Part shown: one piece after another, positions 1-11,711 of the stretch
Position numbering within the stretch: the stretch's first letter is position 1
How the letters are laid out: every line of letters starts with the position of its first letter
NCBI GenBank assembly: GCA_030704615.1
Contig: CM060731.1
Span: 17,732,001-17,796,000, forward strand
Source of the DNA: Takakia lepidozioides
Taxonomy: Eukaryota > Plantae > Bryophyta
DNA: 64,000 nt
Direction of reading: 5' to 3'
The notes under the pieces: model-generated
The model's input: the letters and a program-made list of their open reading frames with translations, nothing else
Databases searched by the model: none
What the model was told of the DNA's origin: nothing
Made by a program: the position numbers and the translations under genes

Positions 1-517
1 TACAGTGGAGACGTGATCTTCTTGGATGTGACTCTTGGGTTTGGGCTATTTTGTCTCCTTGCTTCATAAGCCTGAGTTGGAGTACAGCTTGAAGGCACCC
101 AGCCTGTATGTGGTTGTTTGGAGAGCTGCAATATGGATCTGCTATGGTTTTCATATATTCTGTATAGGATAGAGCCCACCTCGAAATGGGCAGTACTCAC
201 ACGGGTAAGAGTCTCTTCTCTCTTGTGACTTCAGTTGTTGTCATCTCCCTCTCTCTCCTCCGAACTAATTGTCTTTACCGAGCTAAGGCCCCGGCCGCAC
301 CTGCCGGTTAGCTAGCAGGCCAGTAGCTGCAGCTATCGCGCCGGGTAGGTAGCAGAGGTCTGGCAGGAAACTGGGCGGTGGCCGCACCTGGCCTGTTAAC
401 AGGAGCGCAAAAACAAATACTCGGGCTGCCCGCCCGTCTTCCCCGCGGCTATGATGGACGGAGCTCGTGGGAGCTGCTTGACTCCACAACTGCGAAACCT
501 GCAGGGAAGAGGGAGCT

Positions 518-883
518 GTGTGGGGGGCCTTGCTTGGTGCCTGTAGAGTTCACAGCGATTTGGAGCTAGCAGAGCGTGCAGCAAAAGTCTTTCTTGAGTC
601 GGATCCACACCACCCTGCAGCCTACATGCTGCTCTCAAACATCTATGCTGCAGCTGGCAGGTGGGACGATAAAGCAAAGGTGAGAAAGACAGAGGAGTCA
701 GAAAGGAGCCAGGGCGGGGCTGCATTGAGGTAACAAGCAGATGCATACTTTGGTGTAGATGACAAACTGCATCCACAAAGTGAGGAAATCCATGCTGAGC
801 TGAACAGGTTATCTCAGCAGATGAACGAGGCTGGGTATGTGCTTGATACACGTTTTGTATTGCATGAGCTGGAGGAAGAACAT
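518..883 (+). pseudogene. PLS-class PPR C-terminal fragment (E and E+/start of DYW), frameshifted and truncated
   Basis: Reads VWGALLGACRVHSDLELAERAA...AAYMLLSNIYAAAGRWDD, then after frameshifts HPQSEEIHAELNRLSQQMNEAGYVLDTRFVLHELEEE. No HSEKLA/CxDC deaminase core follows. Confidence 0.85.
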
Positions 884-2011
884 CTGAATGTTTGTGGCCA
901 GGTTGGGCAGCGGAGTGTGGGAGGGTGGATGAAGGGGAGGTGCATCTTTGATTTATTAGGATGGTTTGAACATGAAGAACCCAATGTGGAGGTATTATAT
1001 ATCTTCTTTGTTTTTGTGCACAAGTAGGAAGGTGCCAATTCTGCGGCCAGCGGCTTCCAGTCATCAAAACATTGGTGTTCCAACTTTCCGGAATTGCCAG
1101 CTGTATATGTAGAGCTCTTTCTGTGTGTGTAGGACAGTCCCGTTAAAGCACAGAGTGGAAGATGTTGTTGAAGAGGTTGCAATGGAGAGCAAGGCCCTGT
1201 TGGTCCTTACCTGAAATGTAGCTATCTTTGTAGATTTATTGATGACTTGAGAGTGTATATAATATTGGTGGTGACTTATTGAAAATGCACTGGCTCTAAA
1301 GTTACCGGACTGGAGGTTTGTTCCCTTCACATTCAAAAAATGGCTCTCTTTAAGACCCGAGCATCACCGGTGTTGCAGCTGTTTGAAAGAGATGTAAACC
1401 AGTTAGTTTGTGCTTGTCTAAAAGTGGCCAGAAACCCAGGTTGGCAAGAGAAGAGAGGAGGTGGAGAGAATAGGGTCTTGTGTAGAAATAGTACTGGAAC
1501 AGGTTACTGCTAGCTGTACACCCTGGTGTGCCAGATAACATGTTGGGAGACTGCCCTTGCTGCACATCAAGTGTCAGATAATATGGTGCAACAGGATGTA
1601 GCTGGAGAGAGATTGCCCTGGTTAACATCTATGCCAAATTGTTGGAGCATGAAGATGCACACGAAGTATCTGAGAATGTGGAATGAATTGTGGTTACATG
1701 GAGTGCAACGATGACAGCATTGATGTGACAGGGAGGCTCTGGAATCCTCTGAGCAAATGATACATTTTCAGATTCGGTTTTTGAAATCTCATCACCCACT
1801 AGTATTTGTTTGCATTGACTTTTGAGTTTGTAAAGTGCATTCTGAGAATATCAGCCAACACTAATCTTAACTAAGCGAGTTCAGATGGGTTTTTTGATCA
1901 ATGTGGTGAGTTATCCAGGCAGGTAGGAGAGGATGTATCTTATTGATCTCTGGTAGGTGTATTATTGTGCAACCAGGTGGCTTGGTAGTGCATATGGAAT
2001 GATGATTACCA

Positions 2012-2378
2012 TGGCTTGCTACCCTTGTTTGGTCCTGTTCTTTTTCTGTCAGTGCTTGCCTTATGTGTTGTGTCTACTTCTCTCTGTAAGCTCATTCCAA
2101 GGGTGGAAAAGACTTCCAACTTTGCTCCCAGTCTTCTGTCATCTATGTGACAACCAGAGGTTTTGCAACAGTGGGCTGCAGTTTGATTTCCTGGCTTGCT
2201 ACCCTTGTTTGGTCCTGTTCTTTTTCTGTCAGTGCTTGCCTTATGTCTTCTCTGTCTACTTTTCCCTGTAAGCTCATGCCAATTGGGGTGGAAAAGTCTT
2301 GCCAACTTTTCTCCCAGCCTTCTGTCATCTATGTGACAACCAGTGGTTTCGCAAGAGTCAGCTGCGGTTTGATTTCTG
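2012..2378. repeat. ~180-bp tandem duplication (2 copies)
   Basis: TGGCTTGCTACCCTTGTTTGGTCCTGTTCTTTTTCTGTCAGTGCTTGCCTTATGT occurs at 2012 and 2192, with continued similarity downstream of each. Confidence 0.9.
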
Positions 2379-4982
2379 GAGAGAGAGAGAGGCAAAGAAA
2401 GACAAATTGTAGTGTCTGCAGGGCACCCAAGGGCCCATGGAACATCGTTAAACATTAAGAAACATCTTTGAGGTCCTTGTTAGATCTCTGTAACCTTCTG
2501 ACCAGAGAATAGGTGATCAAAAATTATCTGGAGCTGCTCTCCTGATAGTTAGCCCTTTGGTGTTTGCCTGAAACAGTATTGTGGGGTGAAATTGTTTGTC
2601 TCAGAGGTTGGCAAAGGTGGCAAGGGGAATGTACCACTCAACAGTTTTCCGGCAATTGTAGAGACTGAGGCTTGTGATGGAAAAGATGTAGAGCTGATTG
2701 AAGAGGATGAGTTTTCACTTGAGGAGCTAATGGTAGATCATGGAAGATGAACGAAATAGCAATGTCGGTAAGAAGAAAGGGTTTCTTAGAGTTGGAGCTT
2801 TGTAAAGCCCTGAAAAGACCCACTCAAAGTAGAAATTTCATCTTGAGACTGGTATATTTTGTCCCAGTTTTGTTCGGGAAGTGTCAGACATTTGAAATAT
2901 CACCACTGCCAGTTGTTTGTAGCTGATAGCATGGCATGTGTTCATAGTTCAAACAAATTCACAGCAATAAATTCTGTTCAGATTAGTTCATGAATCCTCA
3001 TTTTGTTCTCAAAGCTTTGACGCTGAAGAGGTTCCATGATGTGCCCTCTATCACATTGCTTAACCCCCTTTGAGTCTTCATAGAGATGTAGCATCCACAG
3101 AACTGCTTTGCCAGTGGAATTAGCCAGTCGTTCTGGCCTGAAATATGCATTCAATTACAGTGCCTAACCCAACCCCGCTTCAGTTTCAATAGAAAAGAAG
3201 ATCCACAGAATTGACATTGCAAGTTGAACCAGCTGGTGGTTCTTCCCTGAAGAAACAAGAAACCTGAAAGCCCCTACTCAGGGAGCGAATCAGAGTTGTC
3301 CATATTACAATGGTACATCATGATATTAGGTGAGCAGTGTTAAACTGATACCTCCATGGAGTCATGGATATCCTGGTACTTCTGGTTAATCCTCATGGTT
3401 GTGGAGGGCTGGCTTTGAATCAACCCTTGCCTCCAATCGGAAGGGATCAAAATCAGGAATGCATCATGTTGTGTATATGCTTGCAAAGAGCCAATATTTA
3501 AGTCATAAGGGGAGGGAACTTACTAGAAAGGTGGCTGACATCATGGTTCTCTTAACAATAATTGTCATGAATGATAATCTGGTTGACGACTTACCAACCT
3601 AAATTCAGCCCAATCTGTGGAAGTCCACAGAAAAGCCCCCGGGAAAAGTATCGCAAAGAGTTCAAGCTCTACTTCAGCTGATCACGAACACAACGTTCCA
3701 GGACGAGGGGGCAAACAGGAGGGCTACTTTGGACAATTGTGGACAATCCAGGGAACAAAAGAAGGTCTTGCGGAACCTTGCAGGGCATCTTATTGACAAC
3801 AGTGAAGTGGTTTTGGCCAAGGCGACCAAAAGGATCGTAGACTCAAAGCCACAGCCAGCTCATATAGCACTCGACTATATGAGTCGAGTGTCCCGATTTC
3901 AGTGAGACAATCTTAAGCGTGTTGTGGAGTTGCTGCAGGAACTGAATGAGTATCTCAACAATCATAATTGTGCTACTGCCTCCAGAAGTCAAGTCATTGT
4001 GCATGGAAGATCAAAAAGTCTGCATTAACGTTCGTCTCGCACACGTTGGCCCAGCTTGGCACGACCGTCCACCCAGCCATGCCTACATGCCACGACCCTT
4101 TCTTCTCCCTCGCTCCCGCATGTTTTCCATTGTAAAAGATTCAGCAATTGCCCAGCTCTTTCACCATTTCCAAAACCTGAATGTAGTGAAGCAACCCAGT
4201 TTAATAGATCACTTACTGAAGATCCAAATATTTGGACTTTAAGAAAAAAAATAAAAAAAATATAGAACAGGGGACAGAGGCCCTGGAAATTTATTAAAGG
4301 ATTTGGACTTATTACCATGAATGTGGAATCATCATCATTGTATACTACTAGAGCTTTCAAGGATTGTTTTTAATAAAAAAGCTTTCGATTATTGTAAACA
4401 AATGCATGGAATACATGCCGGGCCCTGGAAGTTATAAGGTAATTATGAATAGGCTAGAGAAATCTGGAAGATAGTGCTTCCGGCGCTTTCCTGAAACAAT
4501 CCTTGACCATTTTTTAAAAGTTTGAATTGTAATATATAAATTCTTTGCAACTGGTATCCTTTGTGGTCTACTGACCCAATGAACTACATCCTGTTAACAT
4601 AATTCATCTGTAAATATGGATGAAATACTCCATGTACACCAGTCTTGAACTAATTCGTTTGCCAATGTGTTACATTTGAGAAATCCCTATGTGTACTCCT
4701 GCCTTGGGAAGACAGGGCCAACAAACACCTAGTCTGGAAAGGGCTCCTCCTTGTGAACAGTGAGATCTTTGAAAACTCACGATCTTACAAATTTTCGCCC
4801 TCTTCCATGGTCATGATTTCATCCATTTTTTCTTTATACAACCAAGGAGGTATTGACAACATTATCAAACTTGTTTTGGCACTAAAGCATAGTAGCTCTT
4901 ATTGCAAGAAAGGGTCAACAAATGAAAGATCATGAAAACCCCAGTCAGTTAAGTTTTGAGCTATATCTATATATGTACATAT

Positions 4983-5727
4983 TGACACCTCCTGAAGGAA
5001 GCATAAATATGGTGTCTCTTGACCTGGAAGGGCTACTGCCTTCAGTTGGGAAGGTGGACACCTTTGTGACACCAATCGGTGGATTCAACCCATAACCACT
5101 TCTGAGGTGTATGGCTACAACTTGATACACTTTTGATGAGGGGGAGGGAGGCCTTGATCAGATTAAGGCAAGGGAAAAATAGTGCAATAAGGCTTACAAG
5201 AAAACATATTTTAACAGCGCCTCGGTCCCTTTCATTTAAAAATAATAATAAATATTATATAGACATAATAATTTCAGGTTGATTTTTGACCAATGTTTGC
5301 TCACATTAGTCCCCTGGGCATGTGCGCACATTGGAATATAATCTCATAATATCCTGAAATAATGCCACTACAAGGCAAAATTCGCTCATTGAAAAAGAAA
5401 CAAAACAATCAAGAAACGAATGAAATAATCTCACTTAGCACAATGTAAGTCCAATCCATATAACATAGGTGATTTTTCATCCATGGAAATGGTATTTTTA
5501 CCTTTTGTTGGTTCTATGCTCACAAGATTGCCGCTTATCATGGACTCCTAACTTGATCGCTAGCGCTTCTATTGTCATGCTTAGGGCACTAACGCAAGTA
5601 GCCCACTGGTTGCCTGTGCATAACGTAGGTGATCTAGGGTTCAAAGTGTCCACCTTCCAACGGAAAGCAGCGGTAGTCCCTCCCGATGAAGAGACACCAT
5701 AATTTACACTTTCTTGGGGAGGTGTCA
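4983..5727. mobile_element. Non-autonomous TIR element with ~40-bp imperfect TIRs (TGACACCTCC...GGAGGTGTCA)
   Basis: Left TGACACCTCCTGAAGGAAGCATAAATATGGTGTCTCTT matches the reverse complement of the right end TGACACCTCCCCAAGAAAGTGTAAATTATGGTGTCTCTT. A related terminus lies at 10783-10845. No clear TSD. Confidence 0.65.
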
Positions 5728-6317
5728 TGTTTATCTTATTTTAATTACGCTTCGGACTCAGTGATGCAGTAGGATTTGTTCTTAGCACGTCACACTTTGT
5801 AATAGGCTAGTAGCTGTTAGGGCTGATGCGCTGCTAACCGAGATCTCAAGGTGAAGCAGTGTTCGTATTTCAGCTTGCCTCCGATCGTTGGGCTAAGTGA
5901 GGGTGTTATCCAATCATCTTGATGTATCCCTCATGGACCTTAATCAGACGCAAATGCAAAAAGAAATGAAATTGTAGTTTTAAAGCTGGTGAAGATGACA
6001 ATAAACAAAAAAGAATAGAAGGAAAAGTGGAAATAAATGTAAAGAAAATGAGCAACAACCACGACAAAGTAAGCATTATTTGAAATACAACATGTTTTAG
6101 AATTAACATTGGGTAGTCCAACTAGGTGAATATTATTTAGTTTGAAGATTTAAAAAAAAAAAAATTACAGAGGAGAAGTAGCCCTCGGTACAACTTTATT
6201 TATAAGGGGATAAAATAAACCCCGTGGGGCCATGAAGCAAACACACCAACAAAGGTGTGGGATGAACCGGCCTAGGAAGATTTGGACTAATCAAAAAATT
6301 GACCGTATTCATATTAA

Positions 6318-6684
6318 CTAGGGTAGCCTGTGCCATTGGCCCAAGTGTCCAGTGTCATCTAAGTCCAAGTGCAATCCCCTATGTATCCAAGTGTGTCTCC
6401 TATGTCGAGGCCCATGTGTGAAGAATTGAATTGAATTGTTTAGTAGGTTGTTCCAAGAAAGCACACTTTCCTATTTTTCACGAATTTCAGGTGACCAAAA
6501 AATACTTGAAATTCTCCCACACCGCAGGTCCAAAAATTATGAGACCAAGTCGGTGCACCCTCCTCATCGAGGGTTTTCCAACGGTACCAAGCACTAGGGC
6601 TGCCCCTGCAGTTTGGGAGATCTCGGGGCTACAAAACAAGACAAAACAAAACAAACAAAGAAACTACCTTGTTTCATATATTGA
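6318..6684 (-). mobile_element. Non-autonomous Helitron-like element
   Basis: The minus strand ends ...GGGCCAATGGCACAGGCTACCCTAG|T (GC-rich hairpin plus CTAG before T). A putative 5' TC lies at 6684. The same 3' terminus occurs at 41045-41076 (+). Confidence 0.6.
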
Positions 6685-6783
6685 CAAGGTATCTGCTTGC
6701 TAGTCTAAGGTCATTCATAGTGGCAAGACTAACTTATCATTTGATGTTACACATTAAACTTTGATAAAGTTATATGTTCATAC

Positions 6784-7135
6784 CAATGTTGGGCGGTTAT
6801 TTGAATTTCTCTCTTATACCCGGCAGTTACCTATCCGGTTATACATATATATGACCGGCGGAGGTGAAAAAATGAAGTAACCGGTCCAGTTAGGAATCAG
6901 CGGAGGTAACGCATTCAAATAACCGAGCAATAAACCTCTTAAAGAACCGCCCAATACCCGCAGTTATTTGATGAAAACCACCGGTTATTTGAGGTTTTTG
7001 TAAGTAACCGTAACCGCTGAGGTTATATTTAGCCATAAAAAATTTAATAACCGCAACCACGGTTAATAGTTTCCTAAAATTCGAAACAACCGGAACTGCC
7101 GGTTATGAAAAAAATCAAATAACCGCCCAACACTG
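6784..7135. mobile_element. hAT-type MITE
   Basis: TIRs CAATGTTGGGCGGTTATTTGA / TCAAATAACCGCCCAACACTG. Perfect 8-bp TSD GTTCATAC (6776-6783, 7136-7143). Many internal AACCG/CGGTT subterminal motifs. Confidence 0.9.
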
Positions 7136-7574
7136 GTTCATACTTCATACGGGCCAACTCTAAAAACCAATGGTTTGCAGTACACATAGATGAGAGTTGA
7201 ATGCGCACATTGCTCGCACATTGGAGACTTACCAGTACGAGACACTGGACCTGTTGTCAATTTCCCACTCCTTTCCTATCCAGCGCCGCCCTTACGCTTT
7301 ATGCCTCTCCCTCAACCCTCCTCCCTCCCGGGTCCCACACTCCTCCAATCTGCTCCCACCCCCATGTCCCCTCCTCCTGCAAGTTTATATAGAGAGGAGG
7401 AAGGTAGTGGAAGTGGAACTGGAGAGGAGTGGACCGGGACGGATCCCGGATCCACTTCTTGGAGATGAAACAAAATTATTCTACCCACTTTAAAAATTCA
7501 CTCTATCACCTATTATACAACATCTAACCAAATTTAAACCCCAAACCACAACACTATCAAACAATGTCCCAAGC

Positions 7575-7668
7575 CACTAAGCTACCCCATGCTTGTTTGT
7601 GACACACCCAAGATTTGACAACACTAAGCTACCCCATGCTTGTTTGTGACACACCCAAGATTTGACAA
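7575..7668. repeat. 47-bp perfect tandem repeat x2
   Basis: CACTAAGCTACCCCATGCTTGTTTGTGACACACCCAAGATTTGACAA occurs twice. Confidence 0.95.
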
Positions 7669-7779
7669 CGACACCGCTAAAGGCATCATCCCGAGGGCAA
7701 GTCCTTATGACTAGTAGGTTCCCACCTACGCATCCAACTCCCATCCTATGTCTAATTGTTCCTAAGTGATTACACATGG

Positions 7780-7867
7780 ATAGGGCCCACCCCTGAAAGG
7801 GCCAGTAGCCAGAAGGCGAAGTGGCTCTTAGTTACGCCGGCCTCGGCTAGAGTCTTCTATCTCTCTC
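7780..7867 (+). mobile_element. Short (CT)n-tailed retroposon fragment, copy 1
   Basis: GTAGCC..AAGGCGAAGTGGCTCTTAGTTACGCCGGCC..GAGTCTTCT(CT)n, flanked by the near-identical ATTACACATGG / ATTATACATGG. Homologous to 11306-11383. Confidence 0.55.
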
Positions 7868-8837
7868 ACATTATACATGGTAAAAAACACACAACGACTT
7901 AACATTTGTAATTGAAGTGTTAAACCAAACACATGAGAATACTAAACACTTAGTAACTTCATCTTAATATTTACTATATAAATGTAAATATATAGATGGA
8001 TCATATGTCCAAAGTAACAGCCAAGAAAAACTATAACTTTGAAAAGCCTACAAATGCATACAAAAAGGGAACCTCTTTGGAGCTGAAAACAAACTAACGC
8101 TAAGGATCAACACTTGCTAGAAATGGGTTCAAAACAAAATAGAAGGGTGTTTTGATTTTGTTGTTTAGTTCTTATGATTAATGCAATTGATGTTGGGCGG
8201 GGTCCTCCACATTGATCGGTGAAAGACAAAGATTAGACAAGCTCCCGACAATTATAGGGGTCGGGGCATGATATGCAAAATAACTGTTTGATCTAGATTT
8301 CTTTGTGAGGAGTCGAAATCCACAACAAGCTTGTCAACCTTTTTCCTTTTTTAAAATCTATAAAGGGCCCTCCACTCCTTCGATCCCCTAGTCATAAGAT
8401 TCGAATATACATCAAACAACATAATCTTATTGCAAAGAGACCTACCTTAGCTAACTCTTGCCAAAGCAAATGTAACTTTACATGGTGTTACTTTATATCG
8501 AAGGGCTACTACTCTAGCTAGACAACATTGAATCCATTCCTCCAAATATGTTTGAGAGTGTGAGCTCTTAGTGTTACTCGAAATGAGGTAGAAAGAGGCC
8601 TTTAATTCACTTGCCATTACAATTGAGAATGACAAGATAGGAGAAGACCACGTGTTTTGGTTGTCAATTAATTAGCATAGAAATGAAGAACATGTCTCCA
8701 GGCTCTAATAGGGAAAGCACATTTAACCACTCAACATGGTCTTTGTGACTCCTAACAAACAACTTTTGGTTCTTTGATGGGTTGTCTTTGCCTCCATCTT
8801 TCTCCCCTCATCACTTATCAAGGTGGCTGCTGCACTC

Positions 8838-9632
8838 GGGGAAGTCACTCCCTATATAGTTTAAGGAATCACAGAGGTATTTTCTATGGGGGTATTAATT
8901 TTTTTTCCCTTTCTTCATCCACCCTATAGTAACATAGAAATAAAACATTGTGCATTTTGTAATATGCACAATTATTTAGCATGCTATTTAATTTTTTTTT
9001 TGACTGTAATCATCAAATATTTGACACCCTATAGTAACATAAAAATAAAACAATTTTTTCTTAGAGTGCCAAATATTTTATTGCTCAATGCTCTAATACA
9101 TCTATCAAACGAATGAGAAAAACTGTTGCATATTTTTAGTGTAGTGAAAAAATATTCTTTAGGTGAGAGAGCGAGGTACCTTATAACAAATGAATAAATA
9201 GGAGCTTCCAGCAACACAATGAAGTCAACAACTAGCATAACAAAACACTTGAGTCGGAGAAGAAGACAAAGTGAGGAAAAAATAAAGCAACCCTACACCA
9301 AAACACATCCTCCCTAAACCAAGTCCTCTCAACCAAGCCTAGTCCAAATCCCGTCATCTAGGTCCAACTAGTCATTTATGAAGTCTCAACACAAATATAT
9401 CATAGAATGAATAACACATGTCCTTCGCCATTGTGACACCCCTATATTAATTCTAAAATATATATAATTGGAGCATATATTCATAACCCTATTTTTATTT
9501 AAATCCGGTATCCACAAATAAGGACACCCAATTTTATCTCTAAAAATATTGTAAGTTTTATCTTCAAATAATATATGTCACCCTATATTTTTTTGCACGC
9601 CGCTTGGAAAAAAATTGAAGTGTGACTTCCCC
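8838..9632. mobile_element. AT-rich non-autonomous TIR element
   Basis: TIR GGGGAAGTCAC / GTGACTTCCCC. Flanked by direct repeat TGGCTGCTGCAC (8824-8835, 9633-9644). Repeated internal CCCTAT motifs. Confidence 0.7.
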
Positions 9633-11305
9633 TGGCTGCTGCACCACCAATTTTGCAACATGGAAGGTTTTTAACAAGCGGCTAGTCTCGTATGGCTCCT
9701 CTTTGTGAATAGTGGAATATACTTTCATCCATAATAAACTTGAGAATTCATCCCTTTATTTTTCAAAAGTTGTTCAGTAATAGAGATGTTTATATGAAGA
9801 AGGTCTTACCTAGAGTAACGCACATCATGGAGGTAGTTTTGAGCAAAGGAGAAGAGGTGACACCTGGAGAAGGCACAACAGGGGCTTAGCAATTTTTTGA
9901 TAGTGATGTGTGGTCTCCCTAAAGAGGAGCCCACAAAATTAATCATTTTGACCATTTGACCATTTTGAAATGATACTGGTTCATTGATAAAATTAAGCAA
10001 GCTAATCTAAAATATGATTTATTCTCTTATTTTGGGATGGAGTCATTGGAGCTCATATTGAAAGAAGGTGTGGAGAAATTATTGAGACTCAGGCCATGAA
10101 AATACAATGGATTATATTGAAAAATAATTTTAAAATGTATGAAAACCTCCCAATGCGGTACCTCATTTCAGATATTATAGTTTGACGGGGTAGTTTCCCC
10201 ACTGGAAGCCTTCACCGCCTTTTCAGTGGTTATTTTCAGTGGTTAGTTTTTCCACCTATGACTTACTATGCTGTGTTTCTCGGGCTTTTATGTCCTTTAA
10301 AAATAAATAAAATAATGCTTCTTGAGGCCACCGTCCCTCTTGAAAAAAAAGAGAAAAGAAAAGAAAAGTTTGAAAGCCTATTAAAATGAGACAATAGCAA
10401 TAATGTAAGAACTTGATAACTTGGTGCAACTGTGCGATCTCTGCAAGCGTGCAGTATGTCGGTTTCCATCGTGTCAGACTGGCCTCGTTTCATTTTTGTA
10501 TTTTTTATACTTCCTCAAAATTTGTGAGAAGTTACACCAATTGGAGTGACACTCCCTTCAATGTCATTCGGATGTCCAACGTCCAACCTCGTGGGTCGCT
10601 AGAGTGTCACTCAAATTACTAGCGTCACTTTGGTGATGTCACATGTTTGTCACTCCGGTGTCTCGGATCACGTTCAATCTGTAAGTATCACTCTTGAGGT
10701 TGTCGGTGACATCACTGGACTGGACATCGACTAGGGTAAAATACAGCAGAGTCAAACCTTACACTAATAGTGTCCTAGGTATGGAAGGCAGTAGCCCTTT
10801 GGGGTCAAGTGACACCATAAGTTACGCTCCCTTCAGGAGGCGTCATACTTACTTACTTGTCCGAGGTAAGAGGGGTTGGGGAGAATTTGACATGGAGGCC
10901 TGCCGGAGCCAATTGCAGATAGCCAAAGTACTGTCAAATCAGACACTTGCTTGAAATAAGTTCTTACATTATTCTTATTGTTTTCTCTTAAACAGAGGTA
11001 ACTGCCATCACCTTACCAGTATGCTAGTCACCGCTGCTTGAAGACCTTCTACATTCTAAAGTATTGAATAGTGAATCCAGGGTAAGATAGCCCCCCATCC
11101 CCCCGACCCATGGAGCAGGGCCGAAATATGGTGAAAGTACCATCAAATCGCACGCGTGCATTAAGTTCTTACATAATTCGTATTGTTTTCCTTAAGAGAC
11201 ATATGTACATTGCTGTAATATATGTCTTCTACAACGATTGTGCATCTTAGGACAAATAATATACAAATTTGTGTGCTTGGAAAGGAGCTGCAAGCATAAG
11301 AGGGC

Positions 11306-11383
11306 GAGAGAGAGAAGACTCCGGCCAAAGCCGGCCTAACTAAGAGCCGTAACTAAGAGCCACTTCGCCTTAGGGCTACTTGT
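11306..11383 (-). mobile_element. Short (CT)n-tailed retroposon fragment, copy 2, in the TM9SF upstream region
   Basis: Perfect 14-bp TSD AAGCATAAGAGGGC (11292-11305, 11384-11397). (GA)n at the left end. Body matches the reverse complement of 7805-7867. Confidence 0.75.
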
Positions 11384-11482
11384 AAGCATAAGAGGGCCAC
11401 GGTTATAGCAGTGCATCCATCAACTAACGGCCCTCTCTTCCTTCCTTCCTCTATTTACAGTCGCTCGAACATGTGGAGCCCC

Positions 11483-11527
<45 letters not shown>

Positions 11528-11711
11528 CCTGCAGAAAAACTCAGATGCAGAGTGCCGGAGACAGATCGAGAGGGTGGATGCTGATGTAGGTGTTTTCTGA
11601 CAGGAAGACGAGAGCGGCTAGGTGCTAAATGAGGCTGAATAGGTGAAGAGCGTCCCACATTCACGACCCTTGGTACGAGGGGCAGCGAATGGTATTTGAG
11701 GAGTGGGCGGC

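Noticed and set aside
396-1067. 223-aa minus-strand ORF
   Set aside because: Antisense to the PPR E/E+ fragment, with no recognisable domain.
4983-5727. TG...CA termini as a solo LTR
   Set aside because: The inverted repeat extends ~40 bp and there is no 5-bp TSD, which fits a TIR element better.
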